Shown here piece by piece: positions 8,567 through 16,414 of a DNA stretch of 64,000 nt. A program made the position numbers and the translations under genes. Under the pieces are notes generated by a model, which saw nothing but the letters and a program-made list of their open reading frames with translations, had not been told where the DNA came from and did not search any database. How positions within the stretch are numbered: position 1 is the stretch's first letter; the number at the start of each line of letters is the position of its first letter. The DNA comes from a virus (Duplodnaviria > Caudoviricetes), in the IMG/VR virus record IMGVR_UViG_3300026549_000038, positions 64,001 to 128,000 of that record. One strand, given 5' to 3'.

Positions 8567-9334
8567 CTAAATAGTTAATTTAAAAGTAAACGGATCATAG
8601 GTTGGATGATAATCTTCATCAAGAAGAGAGACATTTCTCATCTTAGTCTCGTGCCCGGAATCAGTCACTATTGTTTCAACTTCGTGAAGTCCCGAGTGGA
8701 CATGCCCGGAAAGTACCCAATCTATCTGTCTTGGCCTAATTGTATCCGCAAGTTCCTGACATCCAAAATTTTTTCCGTAATTCCAGTTACCGTTCTGAGT
8801 AACCAATCCTTGAGATCCTATTCTAGGAGGAGTATGAGTCAACAACACTTCGCATTTCTTCGGAATACGACTAAACTTCTCTACCAGGGTTGAACTGTTT
8901 CCGTAGAATGCCCACCTGCTCAAATCAGGTATCCAAGGAGTCCCATAGAACTTATGCCCTTCTATCACGACGCTACTGTCGCAAAGAAGTTTTACAATAT
9001 GTTGTTTGTATTGATCTAGGTAGAGTTTCTTCAAGATATCAACCCCGGATCTTCGCGAACCTAGTTCTGCGCTTTCAAAAAAGAAATCATGGTTTCCGGG
9101 TATCACCAGAACATGTTTATATCCGTAATCCTTAAGCTTGTCTGTCCACGGAGTAAATTTTTGAAGCAACCAGGACACGGTTTCTAAACCACTCAGCTGA
9201 TATTTTAGCGGTACTATATCCCCACAGATACAGAGAACATCTCCAGCAGGGAAATCTGATACGCTTGGTAGATACCCATGAAGATCACTGATCGCCGTAA
9301 CATTGAGTTCTTTTTTGACTATTTTTTGATCCAT
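8567..9334 (-). CDS. Calcineurin-like metallophosphoesterase
   Basis: SDLH, CGD, GNHD, THTPP, GHVH. Confidence 0.92.
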   Translation of the reverse strand: MDQKIVKKELNVTAISDLHGYLPSVSDFPAGDVLCICGDIVPLKYQLSGLETVSWLLQKFTPWTDKLKDYGYKHVLVIPGNHDFFFESAELGSRRSGVDILKKLYLDQYKQHIVKLLCDSSVVIEGHKFYGTPWIPDLSRWAFYGNSSTLVEKFSRIPKKCEVLLTHTPPRIGSQGLVTQNGNWNYGKNFGCQELADTIRPRQIDWVLSGHVHSGLHEVETIVTDSGHETKMRNVSLLDEDYHPTYDPFTFKLTI

Positions 9335-9385
9335 ATATAAATATATAAATAGTGCGATATTAATTTAGTTTTAATACCATTTCGT

Positions 9386-9967
9386 TTATTTCATTAGTTC
9401 GTATTGTTCTTCCCAGAGTTTTTTGAGAGAGCTCCCACGGAAAAAATCGAGGATCAGTTCGTCTTCTGCAAATTCATCGAGCAAAAAATCAATCATTTTT
9501 ATTGTGGCCGGGTGGATCTTCGGATGGTCGTTTTGAATCTTTTTCCTAAACCATTCCTTCTCGTGCTTCAGGATAGAATCTTTTCCTACTCCGTTGTTGT
9601 ATGCTCTTCCTGCACCGAGATAATCTGCAATCAACTCCAGCAAGTCTTTCCAAGGCATCTTTATAGGGGTTCCACCCTGGTCGAGATTGTCCACCCAATA
9701 CTCATAGTGATGCCTATTTCTTCCTTTGTGATGCTGCCAGGCCAAAGAATATCCTTTGTCTGCCTTGCACTTAACTATAGGAGAAGTCTTTCCATCCCAG
9801 TATCTCACGCTCTCCCAGAACTCCACTGGAGAGAACTTGCTCAAGTCGTGCGTGAGCCCTCTCCAGGTAATTCCAAGCTTGCGGCAGTAGACTAGAACCC
9901 AGTACTTGTGTACCAGGACAGTCTTAAGGTGACCGAAGAATTTACGAATAGTTATTCTTGTATCCAT
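9386..9967 (-). CDS. HD-like protein (DUF5662 family)
   Basis: HK..V, HDLSKFSPVEF, AWQHHKGRNRHHYEYW. Confidence 0.8.
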   Translation of the reverse strand: MDTRITIRKFFGHLKTVLVHKYWVLVYCRKLGITWRGLTHDLSKFSPVEFWESVRYWDGKTSPIVKCKADKGYSLAWQHHKGRNRHHYEYWVDNLDQGGTPIKMPWKDLLELIADYLGAGRAYNNGVGKDSILKHEKEWFRKKIQNDHPKIHPATIKMIDFLLDEFAEDELILDFFRGSSLKKLWEEQYELMK

Positions 9968-9989
9968 AAGTGCTATTTATGTTGATTAA

Positions 9990-10859
9990 TTATGCTGCAA
10001 CCGGTACGTACTTTTCGATTTTATGCCAGAGGCTTGTGTTCAGCGCGAGGTCTTTCTCGATTGAGCTTACTCGACGTGCCTTTCTAAAACGACCCTTTTT
10101 CGTCTGATACATATAACCACCGTTTATCATCTTTTCCTGGCAGACGTTAAACAGACCCCAGAGATTATCGGCGTTGTCCTCCTTTCTGAGAGGAGCAAGG
10201 ATACTATCTACAGTAGATGTATCAATCTGGACCTTTTCTGTAGATGGGATATTGTTTCTAAGTCTGAAAACTTCTTCAGCCATATCTTTACGTACTGAAT
10301 CTGTGGTTTTAGTTACCATCATCACGTTCATCTTCTGCGCCATGGACGGAACATGTTTGATAACATCGGCAACAATACCTCTCAGCGTCTCGAAGTCATA
10401 GTTGATGTGTCTCACGCTGAAATTGGCCATTTCGTTTGTAGCAATCACAAGTCCGTTGCTGCATACCAGTCGGAACAAGCCTACCATAAACTTAAACGAA
10501 TGGGCTCCGTCGTGAGAATTAGTCAGGATAATCCTCGGGTAGCAGTCCACTACCTGTCCGCCCTGTCCATCTTCCTTCATAATACGAACTCCAGGATTCT
10601 GGAAAGCAATCATATGAAAACTATATATTCCTTTTGATTTCTTTGCTCTTTTCCTGTAAGCTGCCTGAACCGGTCTCCAACCGAGTTTCTCCAGGTCTTC
10701 TACAACTGTCATCGTGTTTGCAGTGACGTACTGCTGTGACAGTGCTGGGTTCGTAGGAGATTCACAAAATGCCACTGGGCAAAGTTCTTTGAGGTCTTCA
10801 CGAGAGAGAAAATTTGTGGAAAGATTGTCGTTTCCGAAGCAAAGCATAGTGTCTTTCAT
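9990..10859 (-). CDS. DUF932/DUF945-family protein
   Basis: ILTNSHDG, GLFRLVCSNGL, LW..FN..QE, N..LW. Confidence 0.85.
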   Translation of the reverse strand: MKDTMLCFGNDNLSTNFLSREDLKELCPVAFCESPTNPALSQQYVTANTMTVVEDLEKLGWRPVQAAYRKRAKKSKGIYSFHMIAFQNPGVRIMKEDGQGGQVVDCYPRIILTNSHDGAHSFKFMVGLFRLVCSNGLVIATNEMANFSVRHINYDFETLRGIVADVIKHVPSMAQKMNVMMVTKTTDSVRKDMAEEVFRLRNNIPSTEKVQIDTSTVDSILAPLRKEDNADNLWGLFNVCQEKMINGGYMYQTKKGRFRKARRVSSIEKDLALNTSLWHKIEKYVPVAA

Positions 10860-10953
10860 ATCTGTGGTGTTTTACTATTATTAAACTTACAGATATATAT
10901 AACAAAAAAGGAAAAATATTTAGTGGATTTTTAAATTGAATTGTTAACTTTTG

Positions 10954-11073
10954 TGACCCAGGCGGGGTTCGAACCCACGACCTTTGGTCTTAGTTCAAGG
11001 CTTTACGAGGATTTCTCCGCGGACACTCCCCAACCTTTACTTGCCAACGCTCTACCGACTGAGCTACTGGATC
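10954..11073 (-). ncRNA. tRNA-like RNA with 47-nt structured insertion in the anticodon loop
   Basis: Canonical acceptor GATCCAG/CTGGGTC, D and T arms; 54-nt segment in place of the 7-nt loop. Confidence 0.75.
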
Positions 11074-11078
11074 TCTCA

Positions 11079-11753
11079 TCAGTTAAAATAATAAATCACA
11101 CGAACCTTATCAAAATCAATCCAGCTATTTCCGCTGAACTGAGATGCTAAATTATACAATTCAGACGTTTCCTGTTCGAGTGTAACAATATCTGAAAGGT
11201 CCTCATCAAGAAGATAATCTATGTCGATTTCATCATCACATCCTTTCTTTTCTTTCATTGCCTTGTCTGTTTTCTTCAACGCAATCTTTTCAAGATGAGC
11301 AATTCTTCTTTTAATATCTTCCAACTGTTCATCGCGCACATGCTTTTTAACACTGTTTTTCCAATTATTGATTTTTTCTTTAGAAATCTTCCACATTTCA
11401 TCAATATATATGTAAGAGTATCTGCGTGAATAATCATAGTCACTTGGATATATGCCTTTGTTTTTCTCTTTCTCTGCCATCTCTTCAAGAAGTGTCTTCA
11501 GTTCTTCGCTCACATCCGATGGTAATCCATAAGGCGCGTCTTCCCTGCGCCACACAAGTTCATCGCGCCATGCAAGTCCAGTCCACAACTCGTATTTCTC
11601 TATCATCTTTTTTCCGTCGACATTCACAACCTTTTCAAAATCCCACTCGGTAGGTTCGTTTTCGACAAAAGCATAATCAGTATAATATTTAGCAAGATGC
11701 CACTTTTTTTCTTTGTCTTGAACCTCAACGAAAAAATAAATACTTGTACTCAT
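11079..11753 (-). CDS. Hypothetical phage protein
   Basis: 224-aa ORF with GLPSDVS and RVIYYF motifs. Confidence 0.75.
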   Translation of the reverse strand: MSTSIYFFVEVQDKEKKWHLAKYYTDYAFVENEPTEWDFEKVVNVDGKKMIEKYELWTGLAWRDELVWRREDAPYGLPSDVSEELKTLLEEMAEKEKNKGIYPSDYDYSRRYSYIYIDEMWKISKEKINNWKNSVKKHVRDEQLEDIKRRIAHLEKIALKKTDKAMKEKKGCDDEIDIDYLLDEDLSDIVTLEQETSELYNLASQFSGNSWIDFDKVRVIYYFN

Positions 11754-11778
11754 GTTATTTGATTATTGTTGATTGCTG

Positions 11779-11862
11779 CGGAGAGCGGAGGTCTCGAACC
11801 CCAACCGATAAACGATCCAACAGTTTAGCAAACTGCGCCTGCTCCTAGCAGATTCACTCTCC
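11779..11862 (-). tRNA. tRNA-Ser(GCT)
   Basis: GGAGAG acceptor, GCT anticodon, long variable arm, G73. Confidence 0.85.
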
Positions 11863-12077
11863 GTGGGCCCATCCATCTTTCATGTCGTCACAGCAAACAC
11901 TCCAGGACTTCGGAGTTTTTAAACCAATGTGGCCTCTTTATGATACTTCCACCCTTATGTTGGATTCGGGATTTACCTACATATACCCACCACAAATTTT
12001 AACCATGTACCATCCACACGCATTGTTCCAATCTACATGCTTCTTCTCACATGGGTGATAAGATGGCTAGCAAGACG

Positions 12078-12150
12078 TAGGACCGCCCGGATTCGAACCG
12101 GAGTTTTCAGAATGAAAATCTGAGAGCCTAACCAATTAGCTGACGGTCCC
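12078..12150 (-). tRNA. tRNA-Glu(TTC)
   Basis: Cloverleaf, TCAGA-TT-TTC-AT-TCTGA. Confidence 0.9.
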
Positions 12151-12376
12151 AAAATGCAACTTTTAAAATAACCCCAGAGTTGCCAACTGTGCCGACCTAC
12201 GATTCGGAGGAAAAGTATGCTTATATGAGAAGCCTTTCCCATCTTCGTTCCCTTGTACTTCGGGCTTTCTGAACAGAACTCACTATCGTTGAGCAACGCG
12301 CCACTTTACCTATAAGTGGTAACTACGAACTTGATAACGGATTAGTCGCCTCCGTCAGATGTTTTGCTAATCTGAG

Positions 12377-12449
12377 AGCCAGTAGAGGGACTCGAACCCC
12401 CGACCAATTCATTACAAATGAATCGCTCTACCAACTGAGCTATACTGGC
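12377..12449 (-). tRNA. tRNA-Thr(TGT)
   Basis: Canonical cloverleaf. Confidence 0.95.
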
Positions 12450-12574
12450 AAAAATGCCCTAAATTGAAATCTTGCAAGTAATTGTTAATTTTAGCAAACA
12501 TCAAAACGTGTCGAACCTTAATAACTGGCCGTACTTTCAATTAACAATCATTTCAACCGAGGGCAGTTGTCCTA

Positions 12575-12900
12575 TGTTGAAATCTCCGGAGTCGGTACAT
12601 GCGCTTATGCAACTAAAACCAGGCTTCCACTGGTACAAACCGTATTTCAACTTAGACTCTCTCCATCTAGTCTCTACACACTGTCTATTATTCTATATCT
12701 GCGGTCCCCTGTTCTCAGGACTATATTCATTATTGAAGTATAGCCTTGCAGTATAGATTTTAACATTGGCTCGGTGTTAGCATAACAGCCGGATTCGAAC
12801 CGGCTCCCCACTGTTAGTTGGGGGTGTCATATATCACTATGTTTTAGCCTTCACCGAATTTAGAGAGTTCTACTTCAGGAATTTCTTCCTGAGCGCTCAG
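12575..12900 (-). ncRNA. Orphan group I intron-like RNA (tRNA-Leu/IC3-like core), apparently truncated
   Basis: CTCTCTAAATTCGGTGAA, CACCGAGCCAA, GTAGAGACTAGATGGAGAG core signatures and P8-like GTTGAAAT/ATTTCAAC. Confidence 0.65.
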
Positions 12901-12902
12901 GT

Positions 12903-12918
12903 TTTTATTTCAATGAAC
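12903..12918 (-). promoter_or_regulatory. boxA-like leader element GTTCATTGAAATAAAA (copy 1)
   Basis: Identical 16-mer at 14778-14793; both sit between an AT-rich promoter region and an RNA block. Confidence 0.55.
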
Positions 12919-12948
12919 GTATAAATATATTTAACTCTCACAACTTAT

Positions 12949-13503
12949 TTAATTCTCTGGGTAGCCGCTAAGCTGGTATGCTTCGCGCAGGACCGTACGG
13001 ATATTATCCAGGCACTGTCCGAGGAGGTTCTTCCCCTGCCATTCGCTTGGCCAGTCAACTCTCGGGTCGGTGTAATGAATGCCTACACCCCAAATCTTAT
13101 CACTCGGACTTCCTTCGACGAAGTGTTTTCCTTCGAATTCTGGGTCGAGTATGAGATCTTTAAGTGCTGGATTTTGTATAAACTTTGCCATCAGGGCAAT
13201 CTCCATATATTCCTGCCTATGCTCAACCCAGTCGTCTTCTTTGAATCCCTTGACTTTTCTTCCGAGATACTTTGCATCTCTCGGGGTCTCGGCTGCACAG
13301 ATAAGACTCGCAGTCAGCTCATCGCCAAAATGAACTGCTTTAAGATACATAAACAACTGTTCAGAACTCTTAAAGACCTTGCCGTGGTATTCGACTCTAC
13401 AATTGTAAAAGTTTGACAGTCCGCTACCATAGAAAGCAACGTGTTTGTCATATATAATCAACCCGTGTCGAAGGCCAGATTCTCTTGTCTTTTCTGGTGT
13501 CAT
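12949..13503 (-). CDS. NADAR (YbiA/DUF1768) family protein
   Basis: LSNFY, SEQ.FM..KA..F.D, AK.LGR, KF.QN, EGSP.D.IWG.G, G.NLLG. Confidence 0.93.
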   Translation of the reverse strand: MTPEKTRESGLRHGLIIYDKHVAFYGSGLSNFYNCRVEYHGKVFKSSEQLFMYLKAVHFGDELTASLICAAETPRDAKYLGRKVKGFKEDDWVEHRQEYMEIALMAKFIQNPALKDLILDPEFEGKHFVEGSPSDKIWGVGIHYTDPRVDWPSEWQGKNLLGQCLDNIRTVLREAYQLSGYPEN

Positions 13504-13676
13504 AGCAAATCCATAGCTTTACATACCGCAGCATAGACCTTGCGGCAATAGGTCAAGTCTTCTTCTGAAACGTTTGCACTATCTGGAGAATAGTACAAGT
13601 GATTGTCAATGATGTTTCTGCATTCCTGTAATTTGTTGCGAACCTTCTCCAGGGCCAAAGTTGTCTGCCTTGTCAT
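13500..13676 (-). CDS. Small hypothetical protein (58 aa)
   Basis: MTRQTTLALEKVRNKLQECRNIID..., ATGA overlap with NADAR start. Confidence 0.55.
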   Translation of the reverse strand: MTRQTTLALEKVRNKLQECRNIIDNHLYYSPDSANVSEEDLTYCRKVYAAVCKAMDLL

Positions 13677-14104
13677 ATTATCTTACGATGTTAATAACTA
13701 CTAAAGCTACTATTGAAACGGCTATAAACGCCGCGTAAATGTAATCTGTCTTTGTCATAGTTGTGTGTGCTAAATCTAATTACATCTATATATAACAAAC
13801 TTTGGAAAATCTTTAGTGATTTGGGCTGAAATTTTGCAAATTTTTAAGCGTATTTTTCGCACTTTTTACATAAGAAAACACCCTTTCTGATATCTTATAT
13901 ATCATCGAGGGAGTTCTCTTAAAATTTCGCGGTTTTTGTGCGAAATTCATAAATCATCCTACCCGGTCGGCTCGTTCCATCCATGACCTCCACATCTACC
14001 CTATAGAGACAGTTGCATCTATCTTAAGGGGTCCTCTCAAGTCATTTCCAACCTACTTGATGCAAATTTTCGGTTAGCTTTCTTGAACCTCGGATGATTT
14101 ATTG

Positions 14105-14182
14105 CTTCCGATAAGGGAATCGAACCCTTACACTCCATTCAACGACTTACGATTCGTTCCAATGAGGAATCCAATTCGGAAG
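14105..14182 (-). ncRNA. tRNA-like element without a definable anticodon arm
   Basis: CTTCCGA/TCGGAAG closing stem, GATTC/GAATC arm, AAGGG-TTCGATT-CCCTT T arm. Confidence 0.55.
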
Positions 14183-14477
14183 TTTCACTTTTACGGAATA
14201 GTGAGAACCGTATAGGTGGGCAGACTCATATCGTACGCTACCCGTTATACGCAGGACTGATTTATTCACCTGAGGAAGACAGCAGGTATGAACTGCCTCC
14301 TGTTTTTTGTCAAAGTAACTTAGCGGAAGATGCGTCCATCTTGCCTCCGGCAGGCTCTTTGACTTATATTCACCCCTTTGTGGAAAACCATCGCATTGAA
14401 GAGTCGAACTCCGCTGCTTGCTGAATCGAACACGCGCCCAAGGGGACCCTACTATCCGTTCGGGATGTATCATTTTG

Positions 14478-14552
14478 TACTCCGGGTAGGATTCGAACCT
14501 ACACTGTCCAGATCCTAAGTCTGGTGCCTCCTGCCAGTTGGGCTACCGGAGC
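14478..14552 (-). tRNA. tRNA-Leu(TAG), short variable arm
   Basis: Cloverleaf, CT-TAG-GA loop. Confidence 0.92.
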
Positions 14553-14777
14553 AAACGGTTACCACCAAAATCAACTCTCGTCATAGCCCATACGGATTAC
14601 CTGCTATGCCCTCCGCCTCACTTCCCAGAGTCTTATTGGCCTTTATCCCTCTGGTTATAGAGACTTCACCAAGTGTACAGTAGCTTTTAATTGTGCACGA
14701 TCCCGGCCTGTACGCGAACGGCGAGTATTTGCAAGGTGTCTTCACACCTGAGTGCCCTTAATCTTGGAGTAACCTTA

Positions 14778-14793
14778 TTTTATTTCAATGAAC
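14778..14793 (-). promoter_or_regulatory. boxA-like leader element (copy 2)
   Basis: Identical to 12903-12918; just downstream of promoter motif 14799-14826. Confidence 0.55.
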
Positions 14794-14846
14794 AATTAAA
14801 TATAATAAATAACTTAAAATATTTAGTGTTTTCATTAAAAATATCG

Positions 14847-14919
14847 GGTGTTCTACTGGAATCGAACCAGTGTAGCTGGATCCACAATCCAGAACCTAAA
14901 CCTCTCGGCCAAGAACACC
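14847..14919 (-). tRNA. tRNA-His(GTG)
   Basis: Cloverleaf with G-1:C73. Confidence 0.92.
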
Positions 14920-14928
14920 ATAAATTAG

Positions 14929-14999
14929 CAGAACCTGTAGGAGTCAAACCCACATCTTTCGGGTTGGAGCCGAAAATGTTATCATTACACCAAGGTCCC
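14929..14999 (-). tRNA. tRNA-Trp(CCA)
   Basis: TTCGG-CT-CCA-AC-CCGAA, G73. Confidence 0.85.
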
Positions 15000-15001
15000 G
15001 G

Positions 15002-15089
15002 AGGAAGGAGTGGGATTCGAACCCACGGAAGTTTTTAGGCTCCAACGGTTTTCAAGACCGGTCCAATAATCCATCTCTGGCACCCTTCC
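15002..15089 (-). tRNA. tRNA-Ser(TGA)
   Basis: Cloverleaf with long variable arm. Confidence 0.92.
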
Positions 15090-15096
15090 TTATTTG

Positions 15097-15168
15097 AGAA
15101 GACACTCGGATTCGAACCAAGATAGTGACGCTTTGCAGGCGTACCCATAACCATTCTGGCATGTCTTC
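15097..15168 (-). tRNA. tRNA-Cys(GCA)
   Basis: GCA anticodon, U73. Confidence 0.88.
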
Positions 15169-15169
15169 G

Positions 15170-15243
15170 TGCTCCCCCTAAGATTCGAACTTAGACTTGA
15201 CTGGTTTTGAATCAGTTACCTCTGCCTGTTGGGTTAGAGGAGC
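15170..15243 (-). tRNA. tRNA-Leu(CAA), short variable arm
   Basis: TT-CAA-AA loop, Leu-type D loop. Confidence 0.88.
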
Positions 15244-15247
15244 TTTG

Positions 15248-15322
15248 TGGAAGTGGAGAGATTTGAACTCCCGACTTCAACTTTGTAAGAGTTGCACTCT
15301 GAACCAACTGAGTTACATTTCC
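15248..15322 (-). tRNA. tRNA-Val(TAC)
   Basis: Canonical cloverleaf. Confidence 0.92.
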
Positions 15323-15327
15323 TTATG

Positions 15328-15399
15328 CAGGCTATGAGGGAGTCGAACCCTCACCACAAGATAGACAGTCTAGTATCCTAACCGTTGGACCAATAGCCT
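15328..15399 (-). tRNA. tRNA-Asp(GTC)
   Basis: Cloverleaf, G73. Confidence 0.9.
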
Positions 15400-15404
15400 A
15401 TATT

Positions 15405-15482
15405 TGGTGGATCCAGTGAGATTCGAACTCACAACGACCTGAATGCAAATCAGGTGCTCTAGCCAATTGGAGCTATGGACCC
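15405..15482 (-). tRNA. tRNA-Ala(TGC), CCA encoded
   Basis: G3:U70 pair, TGC anticodon, ACCA end. Confidence 0.95.
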
Positions 15483-15486
15483 GGTG

Positions 15487-15560
15487 TAGACTTGCTTGGA
15501 CTCGAACCAAGGACCTCTTCGGTATCAGCGAAGCTCTCTAACCAACTGAGATACAAGTCT
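15487..15560 (-). tRNA. tRNA-Ile(GAT)
   Basis: Canonical cloverleaf. Confidence 0.93.
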
Positions 15561-15569
15561 ATACGTTTG

Positions 15570-15641
15570 AGCGGAATGCCGGAACTGCCCCGACCTCCCC
15601 AGCATGGCAAGCTGGTATAATAACTTCTATACGAATTCCGC
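15570..15641 (-). tRNA. tRNA-Gly(GCC), atypical T loop
   Basis: GCGGAAT acceptor, U73, T loop GGCAGTT. Confidence 0.8.
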
Positions 15642-15646
15642 GTGTG

Positions 15647-15708
15647 TTGAGAAGGCTGGACTTGAACCAGTATAAGCTTCCTGCGCTGACCATTTGCGTC
15701 ACTTCTCA
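15647..15708 (-). ncRNA. 62-nt anticodon-armless tRNA-like RNA
   Basis: TGAGAAG/CTTCTCA acceptor, D arm, T arm; only 11 nt between D and T arms. Confidence 0.7.
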
Positions 15709-15716
15709 GTTTCTTG

Positions 15717-15788
15717 TTGGGATACAAGGAGTCGAACCTCAATCTTCACGTTCAGAGCGTGATATGTTGACCATTGCACCATATCCCA
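15717..15788 (-). tRNA. tRNA-Gln(CTG)
   Basis: U1:A72, CT-CTG-AA loop. Confidence 0.92.
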
Positions 15789-15940
15789 ATGTTAACGCTT
15801 TACCCATTATCATACGTTAGGGCTATTTCAGGCTCTACGATCTCCATCCTCCTTAACTTTGAATCAGTACTTAGATATCATTGTAGCTGATTCATTTCAA
15901 GTGACTTTACGAGATTCGCTCTTCGTAGCTAAAGCGTTTG

Positions 15941-16015
15941 AGCAAGATATGGGAATCGAACCCACTAAGCCTTCTGGTTGGAAGCCAGACGTGCAACCAT
16001 TTACACCTATCTTGC
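15941..16015 (-). tRNA. tRNA-Gly(TCC)
   Basis: Cloverleaf, U73. Confidence 0.92.
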
Positions 16016-16020
16016 ATTTG

Positions 16021-16092
16021 TACCCTGACTGCGACTCGAACGTAGATTAACAGTTTAGAAAACTGTGGTTCTATCCTTTGAACTATCAGGGC
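16021..16092 (-). tRNA. tRNA-Arg(TCT)
   Basis: Cloverleaf, GGATA D loop. Confidence 0.9.
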
Positions 16093-16096
16093 TTTG

Positions 16097-16168
16097 TACC
16101 CCAGAAAGGAATCAAACCTCTACTTCTTGGTTCGTAGCCAAACGTTCTATTCGTTAAACTACTGGGGC
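16097..16168 (-). tRNA. tRNA-Arg(ACG)
   Basis: Cloverleaf, CT-ACG-AA loop. Confidence 0.85.
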
Positions 16169-16175
16169 ATTTTTG

Positions 16176-16248
16176 TGCTCCCGCCCGAACTCGAATCGGA
16201 ACCTCCCGGGTAAGAGTCGGGATGACTAACCAATTATCCTACAGGAGC
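16176..16248 (-). tRNA. tRNA-Lys(CTT)
   Basis: Cloverleaf, CT-CTT-AC loop. Confidence 0.85.
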
Positions 16249-16251
16249 TTG

Positions 16252-16327
16252 TGCCTCCGGTGGGTCCCGCCCCCACGATCACACATCTTAAAAGGATGGT
16301 GCTTTAATCCAACTCAGCTACAGAGGC
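16252..16327 (-). tRNA. tRNA-Lys(TTT), atypical T loop
   Basis: CT-TTT-AA loop; T loop GGCGGGA. Confidence 0.8.
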
Positions 16328-16341
16328 TTATATTTACTCTG

Positions 16342-16414
16342 TGCGGGAGATTGGTACCGCCCCAATTCCTCTTGATTTTCAGTCAAGCGCAATGACTTCA
16401 TCTGCCACTCCCGC
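16342..16414 (-). tRNA. tRNA-Phe(GAA), atypical T loop
   Basis: CTTGA-CT-GAA-AA-TCAAG; T loop GGCGGTA. Confidence 0.82.

Noticed and set aside
12785-12845. Amber suppressor tRNA (CTA in loop)
   Set aside because: 8-nt loop, no proper D arm or 7-bp acceptor; treated as part of the intron-like RNA
11865-14780. RNase P RNA among the structured blocks
   Set aside because: No GAGGAAAGTCC core sequence seen
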